DNA from: Nemertoderma westbladi
Lineage: Eukaryota > Animalia > Xenacoelomorpha
Length of the DNA: 56,005 nucleotides
Direction of reading: 5' to 3'
Assembly: GCA_032718475.1 (NCBI GenBank)
Contig: JAUCBJ010006203.1
Coordinates: 1-56,005 of the forward strand
Shown here: positions 11,672 to 27,200 of the stretch, piece by piece
How positions within the stretch are numbered: position 1 is the stretch's first letter
Layout of the letters: each line of letters begins with the position of its first letter
The notes under the pieces: generated by a model
Databases searched by the model: none
Seen by the model: the letters and a program-made list of their open reading frames with translations, nothing else
What the model was told of the DNA's origin: nothing
Made by a program: the position numbers and the translations under genes

Positions 11672-14600
11672 GTAAGTGTTAGACCAACAATACAGTGGCA
11701 TTCGCTCTACCAAGCGGTAAGTGTTAGACCAACAATACAGTGACAATCGCTCTACCAAGCGGTAAGTGTTAGACCAACAATACAGTGACAATCGCTCTAC
11801 CAAGCGGTAAGTGTTAGACCAACAATACAGTGACATTCGCTCTACCAAGCGGTAAGTGTTAGACCAACAATACAGTGACATTCGCTCTACCAAGCGGTAA
11901 GTGTTAGACCAACAATACAGTGACATTCGCTCTACCAAGCGGTAAGTGTTAGACCAACAATACAGTTACAATCGCTCTACCAAGCGGTAAGTGTTAGACC
12001 AACAATACAGTGACATTCGCTCTACCAAGCGGTAAGTGTTAGACCAACAATACAGTGACATTCGCTCTACCAAGCGGTAAGTGTTAGACCAACAATACAG
12101 TGACATTCGCTCTACCAAGCGGTAAGTGTTAGACCAACAATACAGTGACAATCGCTCTACCAAGCGGTAAGTGTTAGACCAACAATACAGTGACAATCGC
12201 TCTACCAAGCGGTAAGTGTTAGACCAACAATACAGTGACAATCGCTCTACCAAGCGGTAAGTGTTAGACCAACAATACAGTGACATTCGCTCTACCAAGC
12301 GGTAAGTGTTAGACCAACAATACAGTGACAATCGCTCTACCAAGCGGTAAGTGTTAGACCAACAATTCAGTGACATTCGCTCTACCAAGCGGTAAGTGTT
12401 AGACCAACAATACAGTGACATTCGCTCTACCAAGCGGTAAGTGTTAGACCAACAATACAGTGACATTCGCTCTACCAAGCGGTAAGTGTTAGACCAACAA
12501 TACAGTGACAATCGCTGAAACCAAGCGGTAAGTGTTAGACCAACAATACAGTGACAATCGCTGAAACCAAGCGGTAAGTGTTAGACCAACAATACAGTGA
12601 CAATCGCTGAAACCAAGCGGTAAGTGTTAGACCAACAATACAGTGACAATCGCTGAAACCAAGCGGTAAGTGTTAGACCAACAATACAGTGACAATCGCT
12701 GAAACCAAGCGGTAAGTGTTAGACCAACAATACAGTGACAATCGCTCTACCCAGCGGTAAGTGTTAGACCAACAATACAGTGACATTCGCTCTACCAAGC
12801 GGTAAGTGTTAGACCAACAATACAGTGACAATCGCTCTACCAAGCGGTAAGTGTTAGACCAACAATACAGTGACAATCGCTGAAACCAAGCGGTAAGTGT
12901 TAGACCAACAATACAGTGACAATCGCTCTACCAAGCGGTAAGTGTTAGACCAACAATACAGTGACAATCGCTGAAACCAAGCGGTAAGTGTTAGACCAAC
13001 AATACAGTGACAATCGCTCTACCCAGCGGTAAGTGTTAGACCAACAATACAGTGACAATCGCTGAAACCAAGCGGTAAGTGTTAGACCAACAATACAGTG
13101 ACATTCGCTCTACCAAGCGGTAAGTGTTAGACCAACAATACAGTGACAATCGCTCTACCAAGCGGTAAGTGTTAGACCAACAATACAGTGACAATCGCTG
13201 AAACCAAGCGGTAAGTGTTAGACCAACAATACAGTGACATTCGCTCTACCAAGCGGTAAGTGTTAGACCAACAATACAGTGACATTCGCTCTACCAAGCG
13301 GTAAGTGTTAGACCAACAATACAGTGACATTCATTCGCTCTACCAAGCGGTAAGTGTTAGACCAACAATACAGTGACATTCGCTCTACCAAGCGGTAAGT
13401 GTTAGACCAACAATACAGTTACAATCGCTCTACCAAGCGGTAAGTGTTAGACCAACAATACAGTGACATTCGCTCTACCAAGCGGTAAGTGTTAGACCAA
13501 CAATACAGTGACAATCGCTGAAACCAAGCGGTAAGTGTTAGACCAACAATACAGTGACAATCGCTCTACCAAGCGGTAAGTGTTAGACCAACAATACAGT
13601 GACATTCGCTCTACCAAGCGGTAAGTGTTAGACCAACAATACAGTGACAATCGCTCTACCAAGCGGTAAGTGTTAGACCAACAATACAGTGACATTCGCT
13701 CTACCAAGCGGTAAGTGTTAGACCAACAATACAGTGACATTCGCTCTACCAAGCGGTAAGTGTTAGACCAACAATACAGTGACATTCGCTCTACCAAGCG
13801 GTAAGTGTTAGACCAACAATACAGTGACATTCGCTCTACCAAGCGGTAAGTGTTAGACCAACAATACAGTGACATTCGCTGAAACCAAGCGGTAAGTGTT
13901 AGACCAACAATACAGTGACATTCGCTGAAACCAAGCGGTAAGTGTTAGACCAACAATACAGTGAAATCGCTCTACCAAGCGGTAAGTGTTAGACCAACAA
14001 TACAGTGACAATCGCTCTACCAAGCGGTAAGTGTTAGACCAACAATACAGTGACATTCATTCGCTCTACCAAGCGGTAAGTGTTAGACCAACAATACAGT
14101 GACAGTCGCTCTACCAAGCGGTAAGTGTTAGACCAACAATACAGTGGCATTCGCTCTACCAAGCGGTAAGTGTTAGACCAACAATACAGTGACATTCGCT
14201 GAAACCAAGCGGTAAGTGTTAGACCAACAATACAGTGACAATCGCTGAAACCAAGCGGTAAGTGTTAGACCAACAATACAGTGACATTCGCTGAAACCAA
14301 GCGGTAAGTGTTAGACCAACAATACAGTGACAATCGCTGAAACCAAGCGGTAAGTGTTAGACCAACAATACAGTGACATTCGCTCTACCAAGCGGTAAGT
14401 GTTAGACCAACAATACAGTGACAATCGCTCTACCAAGCGGTAAGTGTTAGACCAACAATACAGTGACAATCGCTCTACCAAGCGGTAAGTGTTAGACCAA
14501 CAATACAGTGACAATCGCTGAAACCAAGCGGTAAGTGTTAGACCAACAATACAGTGACAATCGCTGAAACCAAGCGGTAAGTGTTAGACCAACAATACAG

Positions 14601-17600
14601 TGACATTCGCTCTACCAAGCGGTAAGTGTTAGACCAACAATACAGTGACAATCGCTGAAACCAAGCGGTAAGTGTTAGACCAACAATACAGTGACAATCG
14701 CTGAAACCAAGCGGTAAGTGTTAGACCAACAATACAGTGACAATCGCTCTACCAAGCGGTAAGTGTTAGACCAACAATACAGTGACAATCGCTGAAACCA
14801 AGCGGTAAGTGTTAGACCAACAATACAGTGACAATCGCTCTACCAAGCGGTAAGTGTTAGACCAACAATACAGTGACAATCGCTCTACCAAGCGGTAAGT
14901 GTTAGACCAACAATACAGTGACAATCGCTCTACCAAGCGGTAAGTGTTAGACCAACAATACAGTGACATTCGCTCTACCAAGCGGTAAGTGTTAGACCAA
15001 CAATACAATGACAATCGCTCTACCAAGCGGTAAGTGTTAGACCAACAATACAGTGACATTCGCTCTACCAAGCGGTAAGTGTTAGACCAACAATACAGTG
15101 ACAATCGCTCTACCATGCGGTAAGTGTTAGACCAACAATACAGTGACAATCGCTGAAACCAAGCGGTAAGTGTTAGACCAACAATACAGTGACAATCGCT
15201 CTACCAAGCGGTAAGTGTTAGACCAACAATACAGTGACAATCGCTCTACCAAGCGGTAAGTGTTAGACCAACAATACAGTGACATTCGCTCTACCAAGCG
15301 GTAAGTGTTAGACCAACAATACAGTGACAATCGCTCTACCAAGCGGTAAGTGTTAGACCAACAATACAGTTACAATCGCTCTACCAAGCGGTAAGTGTTA
15401 GACCAACAATACAGTGACAATCGCTCTACCAAGCGGTAAGTGTTAGACCAACAATACAGTGACAATCGCTCTACCAAGCGGTAAGTGTTAGACCAACAAT
15501 ACAGTGACAATCGCTGAAACCAAGCGGTAAGTGTTAGACCAACAATACAGTGACAATCGCTGAAACCAAGCGGTAAGTGTTAGACCAACAATACAGTGAC
15601 AATCGCTGAAACCAAGCGGTAAGTGTTAGACCAACAATACAGTGACAATCGCTCTACCAAGCGGTAAGTGTTAGACCAACAATACAGTGACAATCGCTCT
15701 ACCAAGCGGTAAGTGTTAGACCAACAATACAGTGACATTCGCTGAAACCAAGCGGTAAGTGTTAGACCAACAATACAGTGACAATCGCTGAAACCAAGCG
15801 GTAAGTGTTAGACCAACAATACAGTGACAATCGCTGAAACCAAGCGGTAAGTGTTAGACCAACAATACAGTGACAATCGCTGAAACCAAGCGGTAAGTGT
15901 TAGACCAACAATACAGTTACAATCGCTCTACCAAGCGGTAAGTGTTAGACCAACAATACAGTTACAATCGCTCTACCAAGCGGTAAGTGTTAGACCAACA
16001 ATACAGTGACAATCGCTCTACCAAGCGGTAAGTGTTAGACCAACAATACAGTGACAATCGCTCTACCAAGCGGTAAGTGTTAGACCAACAATACAGTTAC
16101 AATCGCTGAAACCAAGCGGTAAGTGTTAGACCAACAATACAGTGACAATCGCTCTACCAAGCGGTAAGTGTTAGACCAACAATACAGTTACAATCGCTCT
16201 ACCAAGCGGTAAGTGTTAGACCAACAATACAGTGACATTCGCTCTACCAAGCGGTAAGTGTTAGACCAACAATACAGTGACAATCGCTCTACCAAGCGGT
16301 AAGTGTTAGACCAACAATACAGTGACAATCGCTCTACCAAGCGGTAAGTGTTAGACCAACAATACAGTGACATTCATTCGCTCTACCAAGCGGTAAGTGT
16401 TAGACCAACAATACAGTGACATTCGCTCTACCAAGCGGTAAGTGTTAGACCAACAATACAGTGACAATCGCTGAAACCAAGCGGTAAGTGTTAGACCAAC
16501 AATACAGTGACAATCGCTGAAACCAAGCGGTAAGTGTTAGACCAACAATACAGTGACAATCGCTGAAACCAAGCGGTAAGTGTTAGACCAACAATACAGT
16601 GACATTCGCTCTACCAAGCGGTAAGTGTGAGACCAACAATACAGTGACAATCGCTGAAACCAAGCGGTAAGTGTTAGACCAACAATACAGTGACAATCGC
16701 TGAAACCAAGCGGTAAGTGTTAGACCAACAATACAGTGACATTCGCTCTACCAAGCGGTAAGTGTTAGACCAACAATACAGTTACAATCGCTCTACCAAG
16801 CGGTAAGTGTTAGACCAACAATACAGTGACAATCGCTGAAACCAAGCGGTAAGTGTTAGACCAACAATACAGTGACAATCGCTGAAACCAAGCGGTAAGT
16901 GTTAGACCAACAATACAGTGACAATCGCTGAAACCAAGCGGTAAGTGTTAGACCAACAATACAGTTACAATCGCTCTACCAAGCGGTAAGTGTTAGACCA
17001 ACAATACAGTGACAATCGCTCTACCAAGCGGTAAGTGTTAGACCAACAATACAGTGACAATCGCTCTACCAAGCGGTAAGTGTTAGACCAACAATACAGT
17101 GACAATCGCTGAAACCAAGCGGTAAGTGTTAGACCAACAATACAGTGACATTCGCTCTACCAAGCGGTAAGTGTTAGACCAACAATACAGTTACAATCGC
17201 TCTACCAAGCGGTAAGTGTTAGACCAACAATACAGTGACAATCGCTGAAACCAAGCGGTAAGTGTTAGACCAACAATACAGTGACATTCGCTCTACCAAG
17301 CGGTAAGTGTGAGACCAACAATACAGTTACAATCGCTCTACCAAGCGGTAAGTGTTAGACCAACAATACAGTGACAATCGCTCTACCAAGCGGTAAGTGT
17401 TAGACCAACAATACAGTGACAATCGCTGAAACCAAGCGGTAAGTGTTAGACCAACAATACAGTGACAATCGCTGAAACCAAGCGGTAAGTGTTAGACCAA
17501 CAATACAGTGACATTCGCTCTACCAAGCGGTAAGTGTGAGACCAACAATACAGTTACAATCGCTCTACCAAGCGGTAAGTGTTAGACCAACAATACAGTG

Positions 17601-20600
17601 ACAATCGCTCTACCAAGCGGTAAGTGTTAGACCAACAATACAGTTACAATCGCTGAAACCAAGCGGTAAGTGTTAGACCAACAATACAGTTACAATCGCT
17701 CTACCAAGCGGTAAGTGTTAGACCAACAATACAGTGACATTCGCTCTACCAAGCGGTAAGTGTTAGACCAACAATACAGTGACATTCGCTCTACCAAGCG
17801 GTAAGTGTTAGACCAACAATACAGTGACAATCGCTCTACCAAGCGGTAAGTGTTAGACCAACAATACAGTGACATTCGCTCTACCAAGCGGTAAGTGTTA
17901 GACCAACAATACAGTGACAATCGCTGAAACCAAGCGGTAAGTGTTAGACCAACAATACAGTGACAATCGCTCTACCAAGCGGTAAGTGTTAGACCAACAA
18001 TACAGTGACATTCGCTCTACCAAGCGGTAAGTGTTAGACCAACAATACAGTGACATTCGCTCTACCAAGCGGTAAGTGTTAGACCAACAATACAGTGACA
18101 TTCGCTCTACCAAGCGGTAAGTGTTAGACCAACAATACAGTGACAATCGCTCTACCAAGCGGTAAGTGTTAGACCAACAATACAGTGACATTCGCTCTAC
18201 CAAGCGGTAAGTGTTAGACCAACAATACAGTGACATTCGCTCTACCAAGCGGTAAGTGTTAGACCAACAATACAGTGACATTCGTTCTACCAAGCGGTAA
18301 GTGTTAGACCAACAATACAGTGACAATCGCTCTACCAAGCGGTAAGTGTTAGACCAACAATACAGTGACAATCGCTCTACCAAGCGGTAAGTGTTAGACC
18401 AACAATACAGTGACAATCGCTCTACCAAGCGGTAAGTGTTAGACCAACAATACAGTGACATTCATTCGCTCTACCAAGCGGTAAGTGTTAGACCAACAAT
18501 ACAGTGACATTCGCTCTACCAAGCGGTAAGTGTTAGACCAACAATACAGTGACAATCGCTCTACCAAGCGGTAAGTGTTAGACCAACAATACAGTGACAA
18601 TCGCTCTACCAAGCGGTAAGTGTTAGACCAACAATACAGTTACAATCGCTCTACCAAGCGGTAAGTGTTAGACCAACAATACAGTGACAATCGCTGAAAC
18701 CAAGCGGTAAGTGTAAGACCAACAATACAGTGACATTCGCTCTACCAAGCGGTAAGTGTTAGACCAACAATACAGTGACATTCGTTCTACCAAGCGGTAA
18801 GTGTTAGACCAACAATACAGTTACATTCATTCGCTCTACCAAGCGGTAAGTGTTAGACCAACAATACAGTGACATTCATTCGCTCTACCAAGCGGTAAGT
18901 GTTAGACCAACAATACAGTGACAATCGCTCTACCAAGCGGTAAGTGTTAGACCAACAATACAGTGACATTCGCTCTACCAAGCGGTAAGTGTTAGACCAA
19001 CAATACAGTGACATTCATTCGCTCTACCAAGCGGTAAGTGTTAGACCAACAATACAGTGACATTCGCTCTACCAAGCGGTAAGTGTTAGACCAACAATAC
19101 AGTGACAATCGCTCTACCAAGCGGTAAGTGTTAGACCAACAATACAGTGACATTCGCTCTACCAAGCGGTAAGTGTTAGACCAACAATACAGTTACATTC
19201 ATTCGCTCTACCAAGCGGTAAGTGTTAGACCAACAATACAGTGACAATCGCTCTACCAAGCGGTAAGTGTTAGACCAACAATACAGTGACATTCGCTCTA
19301 CCAAGCGGTAAGTGTTAGACCAACAATACAGTGACATTCATTCGCTCTACCAAGCGGTAAGTGTTAGACCAACAATACAGTGACATTCGCTCTACCAAGC
19401 GGTAAGTGTTAGACCAACAATACAGTGACATTCATTCGCTCTACCAAGCGGTAAGTGTTAGACCAACAATACAGTGACATTCGCTCTACCAAGCGGTAAG
19501 TGTTAGACCAACAATACAGTGACAATCGCTCTACCAAGCGGTAAGTGTTAGACCAACAATACAGTTACAATCGCTCTACCAAGCGGTAAGTGTTAGACCA
19601 ACAATACAGTTACAATCGCTCTACCAAGCGTAAGTGTTAGACCAACAATACAGTGACATTCATTCGCTCTACCAAGCGGTAAGTGTTAGACCAACAATAC
19701 AGTGACATTCGCTCTACCAAGCGGTAAGTGTTAGACCAACAATACAGTGACATTCGCTCTACCAAGCGGTAAGTGTTAGACCAACAATACAGTGACATTC
19801 ATTCGCTCTACCAAGCGGTAAGTGTTAGACCAACAATACAGTGACATTCGCTCTACCAAGCGGTAAGTGTTAGACCAACAATACAGTGACAATCGCTCTA
19901 CCAAGCGGTAAGTGTTAGACCAACAATACAGTGACATTCATTCGCTCTACCAAGCGGTAAGTGTAAGACCAACAATACAGTGACATTCGCTCTACCAAGC
20001 GGTAAGTGTTAGACCAACAATACAGTGACATTCATTCGCTCTACCAAGCGGTAAGTGTTAGACCAACAATACAGTGACAATCGCTCTACCAAGCGGTAAG
20101 TGTTAGACCAACAATACAGTTACAATCGCTCTACCAAGCGGTAAGTGTTAGACCAACAATACAGTTACAATCGCTCTACCAAGCGGTAAGTGTTAGACCA
20201 ACAATACAGTGACAATCGCTCTACCAAGCGGTAAGTGTTTGACCAACAATACAGTTACAATCGCTCTACCAAGCGGTAAGTGTTAGACCAACAATACAGT
20301 TACAATCGCTCTACCAAGCGGTAAGTGTTAGACCAACAATACAGTTACAATCGCTCTACCAAGCGGTAAGTGTTAGACCAACAATACAGTTACAATCGCT
20401 CTACCAAGCGGTAAGTGTTAGACCAACAATACAGTTACAATCGCTCTACCAAGCGGTAAGTGTTAGACCAACAATACAGTGACATTCGCTCTACCAAGCG
20501 GTAAGTGTAAGACCAACAATACAGTGACATTCGCTCTACCAAGCGGTAAGTGTTAGACCAACAATACAGTGACATTCGCTCTACCAAGCGGTAAGTGTTA

Positions 20601-23600
20601 GACCAACAATACAGTGACAATCGCTCTACCAAGCGGTAAGTGTTAGACCAACAATACAGTGACATTCATTCGCTCTACCAAGCGGTAAGTGTTAGACCAA
20701 CAATACAGTGACATTCGCTCTACCCAGCGGTAAGTGTTAGACCAACAATACAGTGACATTCGCTCTACCAAGCGGTAAGTGTTAGACCAACAATACAGTG
20801 ACAATCGCTCTACCAAGCGGTAAGTGTTAGACCAACAATACAGTGACAATCGCTCTACCAAGCGGTAAGTGTTAGACCAACAATACAGTGACAATCGCTC
20901 TACCAAGCGGTAAGTGTTAGACCAACAATACAGTGACATTCAATCGCTCTACCAAGCGGTAAGTGTTAGACCAACAATACAGTGACATTCATTCGCTCTA
21001 CCAAGCGGTAAGTGTTAGACCAACAATACAGTGACATTCGCTCTACCAAGCGGTAAGTGTTAGACCAACAATACAGTGACAATCGCTGAAACCAAGCGGT
21101 AAGTGTTAGACCAACAATACAGTGACAATCGCTGAAACCAAGCGGTAAGTGTTAGACCAACAATACAGTGACAATCGCTCTACCAAGCGGTAAGTGTTAG
21201 ACCAACAATACAGTGACATTCGCTCTACCAAGCGGTAAGTGTTAGACCAACAATACAGTGACAATCGCTCTACCAAGCGGTAAGTGTTAGACCAACAATA
21301 CAGTGACATTCGCTCTACCAAGCGGTAAGTGTTAGACCAACAATACAGTTACAATCGCTCTACCAAGCGGTAAGTGTTAGACCAACAATACAGTGACATT
21401 CGCTCTACCCAGCGGTAAGTGTTAGACCAACAATACAGTGACAATCGCTCTACCAAGCGGTAAGTGTTAGACCAACAATACAGTGACATTCGCTGAAACC
21501 AAGCGGTAAGTGTTAGACCAACAATACAGTGACAATCGCTCTACCAAGCGGTAAGTGTTAGACCAACAATACAGTGACATTCGCTCTACCAAGCGGTAAG
21601 TGTTAGACCAACAATACAGTGACAATCGCTCTACCCAGCGGTAAGTGTTAGACCAACAATACAGTGACATTCGCTCTACCAAGCGGTAAGTGTTAGACCA
21701 ACAATACAGTTACAATCGCTCTACCAAGCGGTAAGTGTTAGACCAACAATACAGTGACATTCGCTCTACCCAGCGGTAAGTGTTAGACCAACAATACAGT
21801 GACAATCGCTCTACCAAGCGGTAAGTGTTAGACCAACAATACAGTTACAATCGCTCTACCAAGCGGTAAGTGTTAGACCAACAATACAGTGACATTCGCT
21901 CTACCCAGCGGTAAGTGTTAGACCAACAATACAGTGACAATCGCTCTACCAAGCGGTAAGTGTTAGACCAACAATACAGTGACAATCGCTGAAACCAAGC
22001 GGTAAGTGTTAGACCAACAATACAGTGACATTCGCTCTACCAAGCGGTAAGTGTTAGACCAACAATACAGTGACATTCGCTCTACCCAGCGGTAAGTGTT
22101 AGACCAACAATACAGTGACAATCGCTCTACCAAGCGGTAAGTGTTAGACCAACAATACAGTGACATTCGCTCTACCAAGCGGTAAGTGTTAGACCAACAA
22201 TACAGTGACAATCGCTCTACCAAGCGGTAAGTGTTAGACCAACAATACAGTGACAATCGCTCTACCAAGCGGTAAGTGTTAGACCAACAATACAGTTACA
22301 ATCGCTCTACCAAGCGGTAAGTGTTAGACCAACAATACAGTGACATTCATTCGCTCTACCAAGCGGTAAGTGTTAGACCAACAATACAGTGACATTCGCT
22401 CTACCAAGCGGTAAGTGTTAGACCAACAATACAGTGACAATCGCTGAAACCAAGCGGTAAGTGTTAGACCAACAATACAGTGACAATCGCTGAAACCAAG
22501 CGGTAAGTGTTAGACCAACAATACAGTGACAATCGCTCTACCAAGCGGTAAGTGTTAGACCAACAATACAGTGACAATCGCTGAAACCAAGCGGTAAGTG
22601 TTAGACCAACAATACAGTGACATTCGCTCTACCAAGCGGTAAGTGTTAGACCAACAATACAGTGACAATCGATCTACCCAGCGGTAAGTGTTAGACCAAC
22701 AATACAGTGACATTCGCTCTACCAAGCGGTAAGTGTTAGACCAACAATACAGTGACAATCGATCTACCCAGCGGTAAGTGTTAGACCAACAATACAGTGA
22801 CATTCGCTCTACCAAGCGGTAAGTGTTAGACCAACAATACAGTGACATTCGCTCTACCAAGCGGTAAGTGTTAGACCAACAATACAGTGACATTCGCTCT
22901 ACCAAGCGGTAAGTGTTAGACCAACAATACAGTGACAATCGCTCTACCAAGCGGTAAGTGTTAGACCAACAATACAGTGACAATCGCTGAAACCAAGCGG
23001 TAAGTGTTAGACCAACAATACAGTGACAATCGCTCTACCAAGCGGTAAGTGTTAGACCAACAATACAGTGACAATCGCTGAAACCAAGCGGTAAGTGTTA
23101 GACCAACAATACAGTGACAATCGCTCTACCAAGCGGTAAGTGTTAGACCAACAATACAGTGACAATCGCTCTACCAAGCGGTAAGTGTTAGACCAACAAT
23201 ACAGTGACAATCGCTCTACCAAGCGGTAAGTGTTAGACCAACAATACAGTGACAATCGCTCTACCAAGCGGTAAGTGTTAGACCAACAATACAGTGACAT
23301 TCGCTCTACCAAGCGGTAAGTGTTAGACCAACAATACAGTTACAATCGCTCTACCAAGCGGTAAGTGTTAGACCAACAATACAGTGACAATCGCTCTACC
23401 AAGCGGTAAGTGTTAGACCAACAATACAGTGACAATCGCTGAAACCAAGCGGTAAGTGTAAGACCAACAATACAGTGACAATCGCTGAAACCAAGCGGTA
23501 AGTGTTAGACCAACAATACAGTGGCATTCGCTCTACCAAGCGGTAAGTGTTAGACCAACAATACAGTGACAATCGCTCTACCAAGCGGTAAGTGTTAGAC

Positions 23601-24271
23601 CAACAATACAGTGACATTCATTCGCTCTACCAAGCGGTAAGTGTTAGACCAACAATACAGTTACATTCGCTCTACCAAGCGGTAAGTGTTAGACCAACAA
23701 TACAGTGACAATCGCTGAAACCAAGCGGTAAGTGTAAGACCAACAATACAGTGACAATCGCTGAAACCAAGCGGTAAGTGTTAGACCAACAATACAGTGG
23801 CATTCGCTCTACCAAGCGGTAAGTGTTAGACCAACAATACAGTGACAATCGCTCTACCAAGCGGTAAGTGTTAGACCAACAATACAGTGACATTCATTCG
23901 CTCTACCAAGCGGTAAGTGTTAGACCAACAATACAGTGACATTCGCTCTACCAAGCGGTAAGTGTTAGACCAACAATACAGTGACATTCATTCGCTCTAC
24001 CAAGCGGTAAGTGTTAGACCAACAATACAGTGACATTCGCTCTACCAAGCGGTAAGTGTTAGACCAACAATACAGTGACATTCGCTCTACCAAGCGGTAA
24101 GTGTTAGACCAACAATACAGTGACATTCGCTCTACCAAGCGGTAAGTGTTAGACCAACAATACAGTGACAATCGCTCTACCAAGCGGTAAGTGTTAGACC
24201 AACAATACAGTGACAATCGCTCTACCAAGCGGTAAGTGTTAGACCAACAATACAGTGACATTCGCTCTACC
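11640..24271 (+). repeat. 45-bp minisatellite, main block (~280 copies), built from the exon A 3' end plus its 5' splice site
   Basis: Unit caacaatacagtgacaWtcgctctaccaagcg|gtaagtgttagac. Variants are 46-bp (gctgaaacc), 49-bp (attcattcgc) and gttac. Confidence 0.98.
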
Positions 24272-27200
24272 GAGAGAAAGCCGCCCCAATATTAGATTAT
24301 TACAACAACATATCCATTGGGTAAGAAAGTGGAGGAGAGCCAGCCCGTCTCTTAATTTTTTACTTTATATTACGCGATCAATTTTCACTCATCTCGTCAT
24401 GAACCCAACATGTATGTAACCTTTTGTTAAATTTGTTGGCTATGCGTTTGCGGTTGTTTGGGCGGAGTGTGGTAGGCCTACACTTTTCACACTTAAATAT
24501 TTTGGTTGTGAAATGTTACAGGGCATAGCGATCTGAGATATTTCATTTATATTTTATTATGAGAGGAAGAAGAACATACAACGTTATTTACTATGTAACA
24601 AAATAATTGTTTTCGGGTTTAACTTGGAAGCCTCCCCAAATAGTTGATATACAATTATATTTAAAATTATTTCCATGGTCATGGTCATTCACCCGTCTTT
24701 AGTTAGAAATTTGTTTGCATGAAAGACAGTTTAGTTTAGTTTTTACTGATTTATTATCTCTTATCTGACTGGGGTAATAATAAAGGATAGGATAAATGGA
24801 AGCAAAGTGTGACAGTAACAAATATTTCCCCGTCACCCTAGCATGTCTTAAGTATATGATATATCAAAGGGGGAAGTTTGGATTCACTGCATAAATGCAG
24901 TTCACCAAACTTCCCCCGAATACACACTGTAACTTCCCCCTTCCCCCAAATATCCACTGTTGAATTAATTTGAAGCGATATAATAAGTACAAAATTGTGC
25001 GAGTTTTTAATTGTGTGGTCCAATTGTTATTTGATTTCTATTTATTATTTAAAGTGCATTTAATATCACACTGGTTTTTAGAATATTATACTATACAACC
25101 TTATGTTTTATTAATTTACCCAATCGAAGCCTCATAAGGGCCGGTTATTTGTACGCATATCCCCTAATGCGCTCAGTAAGGTTCAAACAACATATTAATA
25201 TGAAAATAAAGTATCTGCAAAGAAAATAACCCAATACTATATAATTTGACCTTATTAAAAAATTTGCACTTTTGCACACTTATTTGTACAAGTGCACTTC
25301 AGCAGATCGTAATGGTGGCTCTTATTTAACAAACTTATGTTTATCCTCTACCGATCTACGGTGTATGATCAAGTGTCAGTCGCTAAAAGTGTCAAAAATC
25401 CAATTTAATAAATCTGGATTTGCGATTTTGGACCATATTCATGGACATTTTAAGTCACTTTATATACATAAAAAGTTAAACAAATGTTACGATTATAGTT
25501 AGAAATCATTCCAAACTACATTTTAATCCAAAAAATAACATTCTACGATGAATAGAACTGGAAATAATAGTGTTTGAAATATCGAAAAAATGTTCACTAT
25601 TTAAGTGCATTTTGCACTAAGTGCACATAAGTCTTTTCCCAAGTTTTATCCTATTTCACACACTACAATCTATCCTCTATATAATGAAAAAAGTTTCAGA
25701 TCAAACGGCCCAGTAGAACCGAAGTTATTTATGTTTAAAATAGTCACTCGAAAATTTCAAATTCTCTTGGTCACATAGTCTAGTGGTTATCAATCACGTT
25801 AATGAAACCTAAGTTCGCGGGTTCGAAATCCAATATTGACCTGACCATTCTTAATTTTTTTGCAAAAAAAATTATTTTTATTTTTTCACTAAAATCGCTC
25901 TAACTTCGGTTCTGGTGGTCCAAATTCAATAATATTGGTATATTCTTTGCCGTAATTTTTTTCTTAATCTTTTGAGAAGGGGTTATTTTTGACCCCAAAA
26001 AAATTAAAAAAAGGGCCAAAATAACGCGATATTTTTCGACCCTTAAAATTCGTAATTTTAATTATATATGTTAAGATAAAAGATAGCGGAGTTAATTTGA
26101 AACTTTTTACAGGTACTTTTGGCGCAATACGCTAAATTATAATGGAATAGCGATTTGTTAAAAAAAAAATTTTTCGTCCCTTTTTATAAATATTATATTT
26201 CACACGATCGCCTGCCGCTCCAGTTTTATAATACCTCCGGCGCTGTGATTAACGCTGTTAGATAGATAATTTAACGCACTATAAGTCAGTGTAAACAAAT
26301 CTCCCGTAAGTTAAGTAGTTTTCGAGCTAGACGATTTCCCGCGAAGCAAGTTTGAAGCGCGAAATTATAATTTTGGCCCTCATTTTTTTAATATCATCCT
26401 TGGAGCAAAACCGATAGCATATTTGAATTCCCCGTATGGATATTGACTGTATAGAATGTACCTTAACCAACTAAAGTTAAAAATAAAAAATTATTCGATA
26501 AAAACTACTTTACAAATTCTGGCCCTTTTTGGCCCCTATTGCCGACATATTTTTTGTACCCCCATTCGATAGGAACGTAGCCCCAATGGTCTTCTACGAG
26601 TTTCATAAAAGAATTAGTGGATTCCTACCCGCGTTGTCGAATTAAACATTTCGGAAATAAGTTTTCCAAAAAAGACGGACAAAAACGTACAAATTTACAG
26701 CCCCTTTTTCCACCCGAAATTTTAATAAATATCTTACCCCCATTCGATACGAAGGTAGTACCACTCTTCCCCTTTCCAACCGCGTTACTTTCGTCCCCGT
26801 ACGATTAATATTAGCTGAGTTATAGCGGATCCCGCAAAGTCATTTTGTCCGTTTTTTCAACTTTGACGGACATTTTCAGAAAAAAGGCGTGGTAATCTTT
26901 TTTGAAAAAAAAAACGAATTCACTAATTAATCCCTTCTATCGTATCCCGGCGTCGGCTAAGCAATAACCTAGGGTTTTTTCGAGCCACTGTAGAGCGCCT
27001 TTCAAAAAAATTTTAAAATTGTCGAAAAAATGACGGTTTTTTGTCCGCCGTGTCCGTCGAAGGGTTAGATTTCATAATGTTAGAGTTGCTAATATCTTAG
27101 AATTCCGAGCCGCTCCCCTGGTGAGAAAATAAAAAAATTTGGTCAGTTCCTTCATCGAAAAGTCCCCCAGAATCCCAAGTTAACCTATATAGTTAGCGAG

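Noticed and set aside
11576-24261. Many minus-strand 'MSLYCWSNTYRLVER' ORFs
   Set aside because: They are antisense translations of the 45-bp array, broken at random by 46/49-bp variants, with no coding evidence.
25769-25841. Functional tRNA gene
   Set aside because: The D and anticodon stems do not pair; kept only as a tRNA-like relic.
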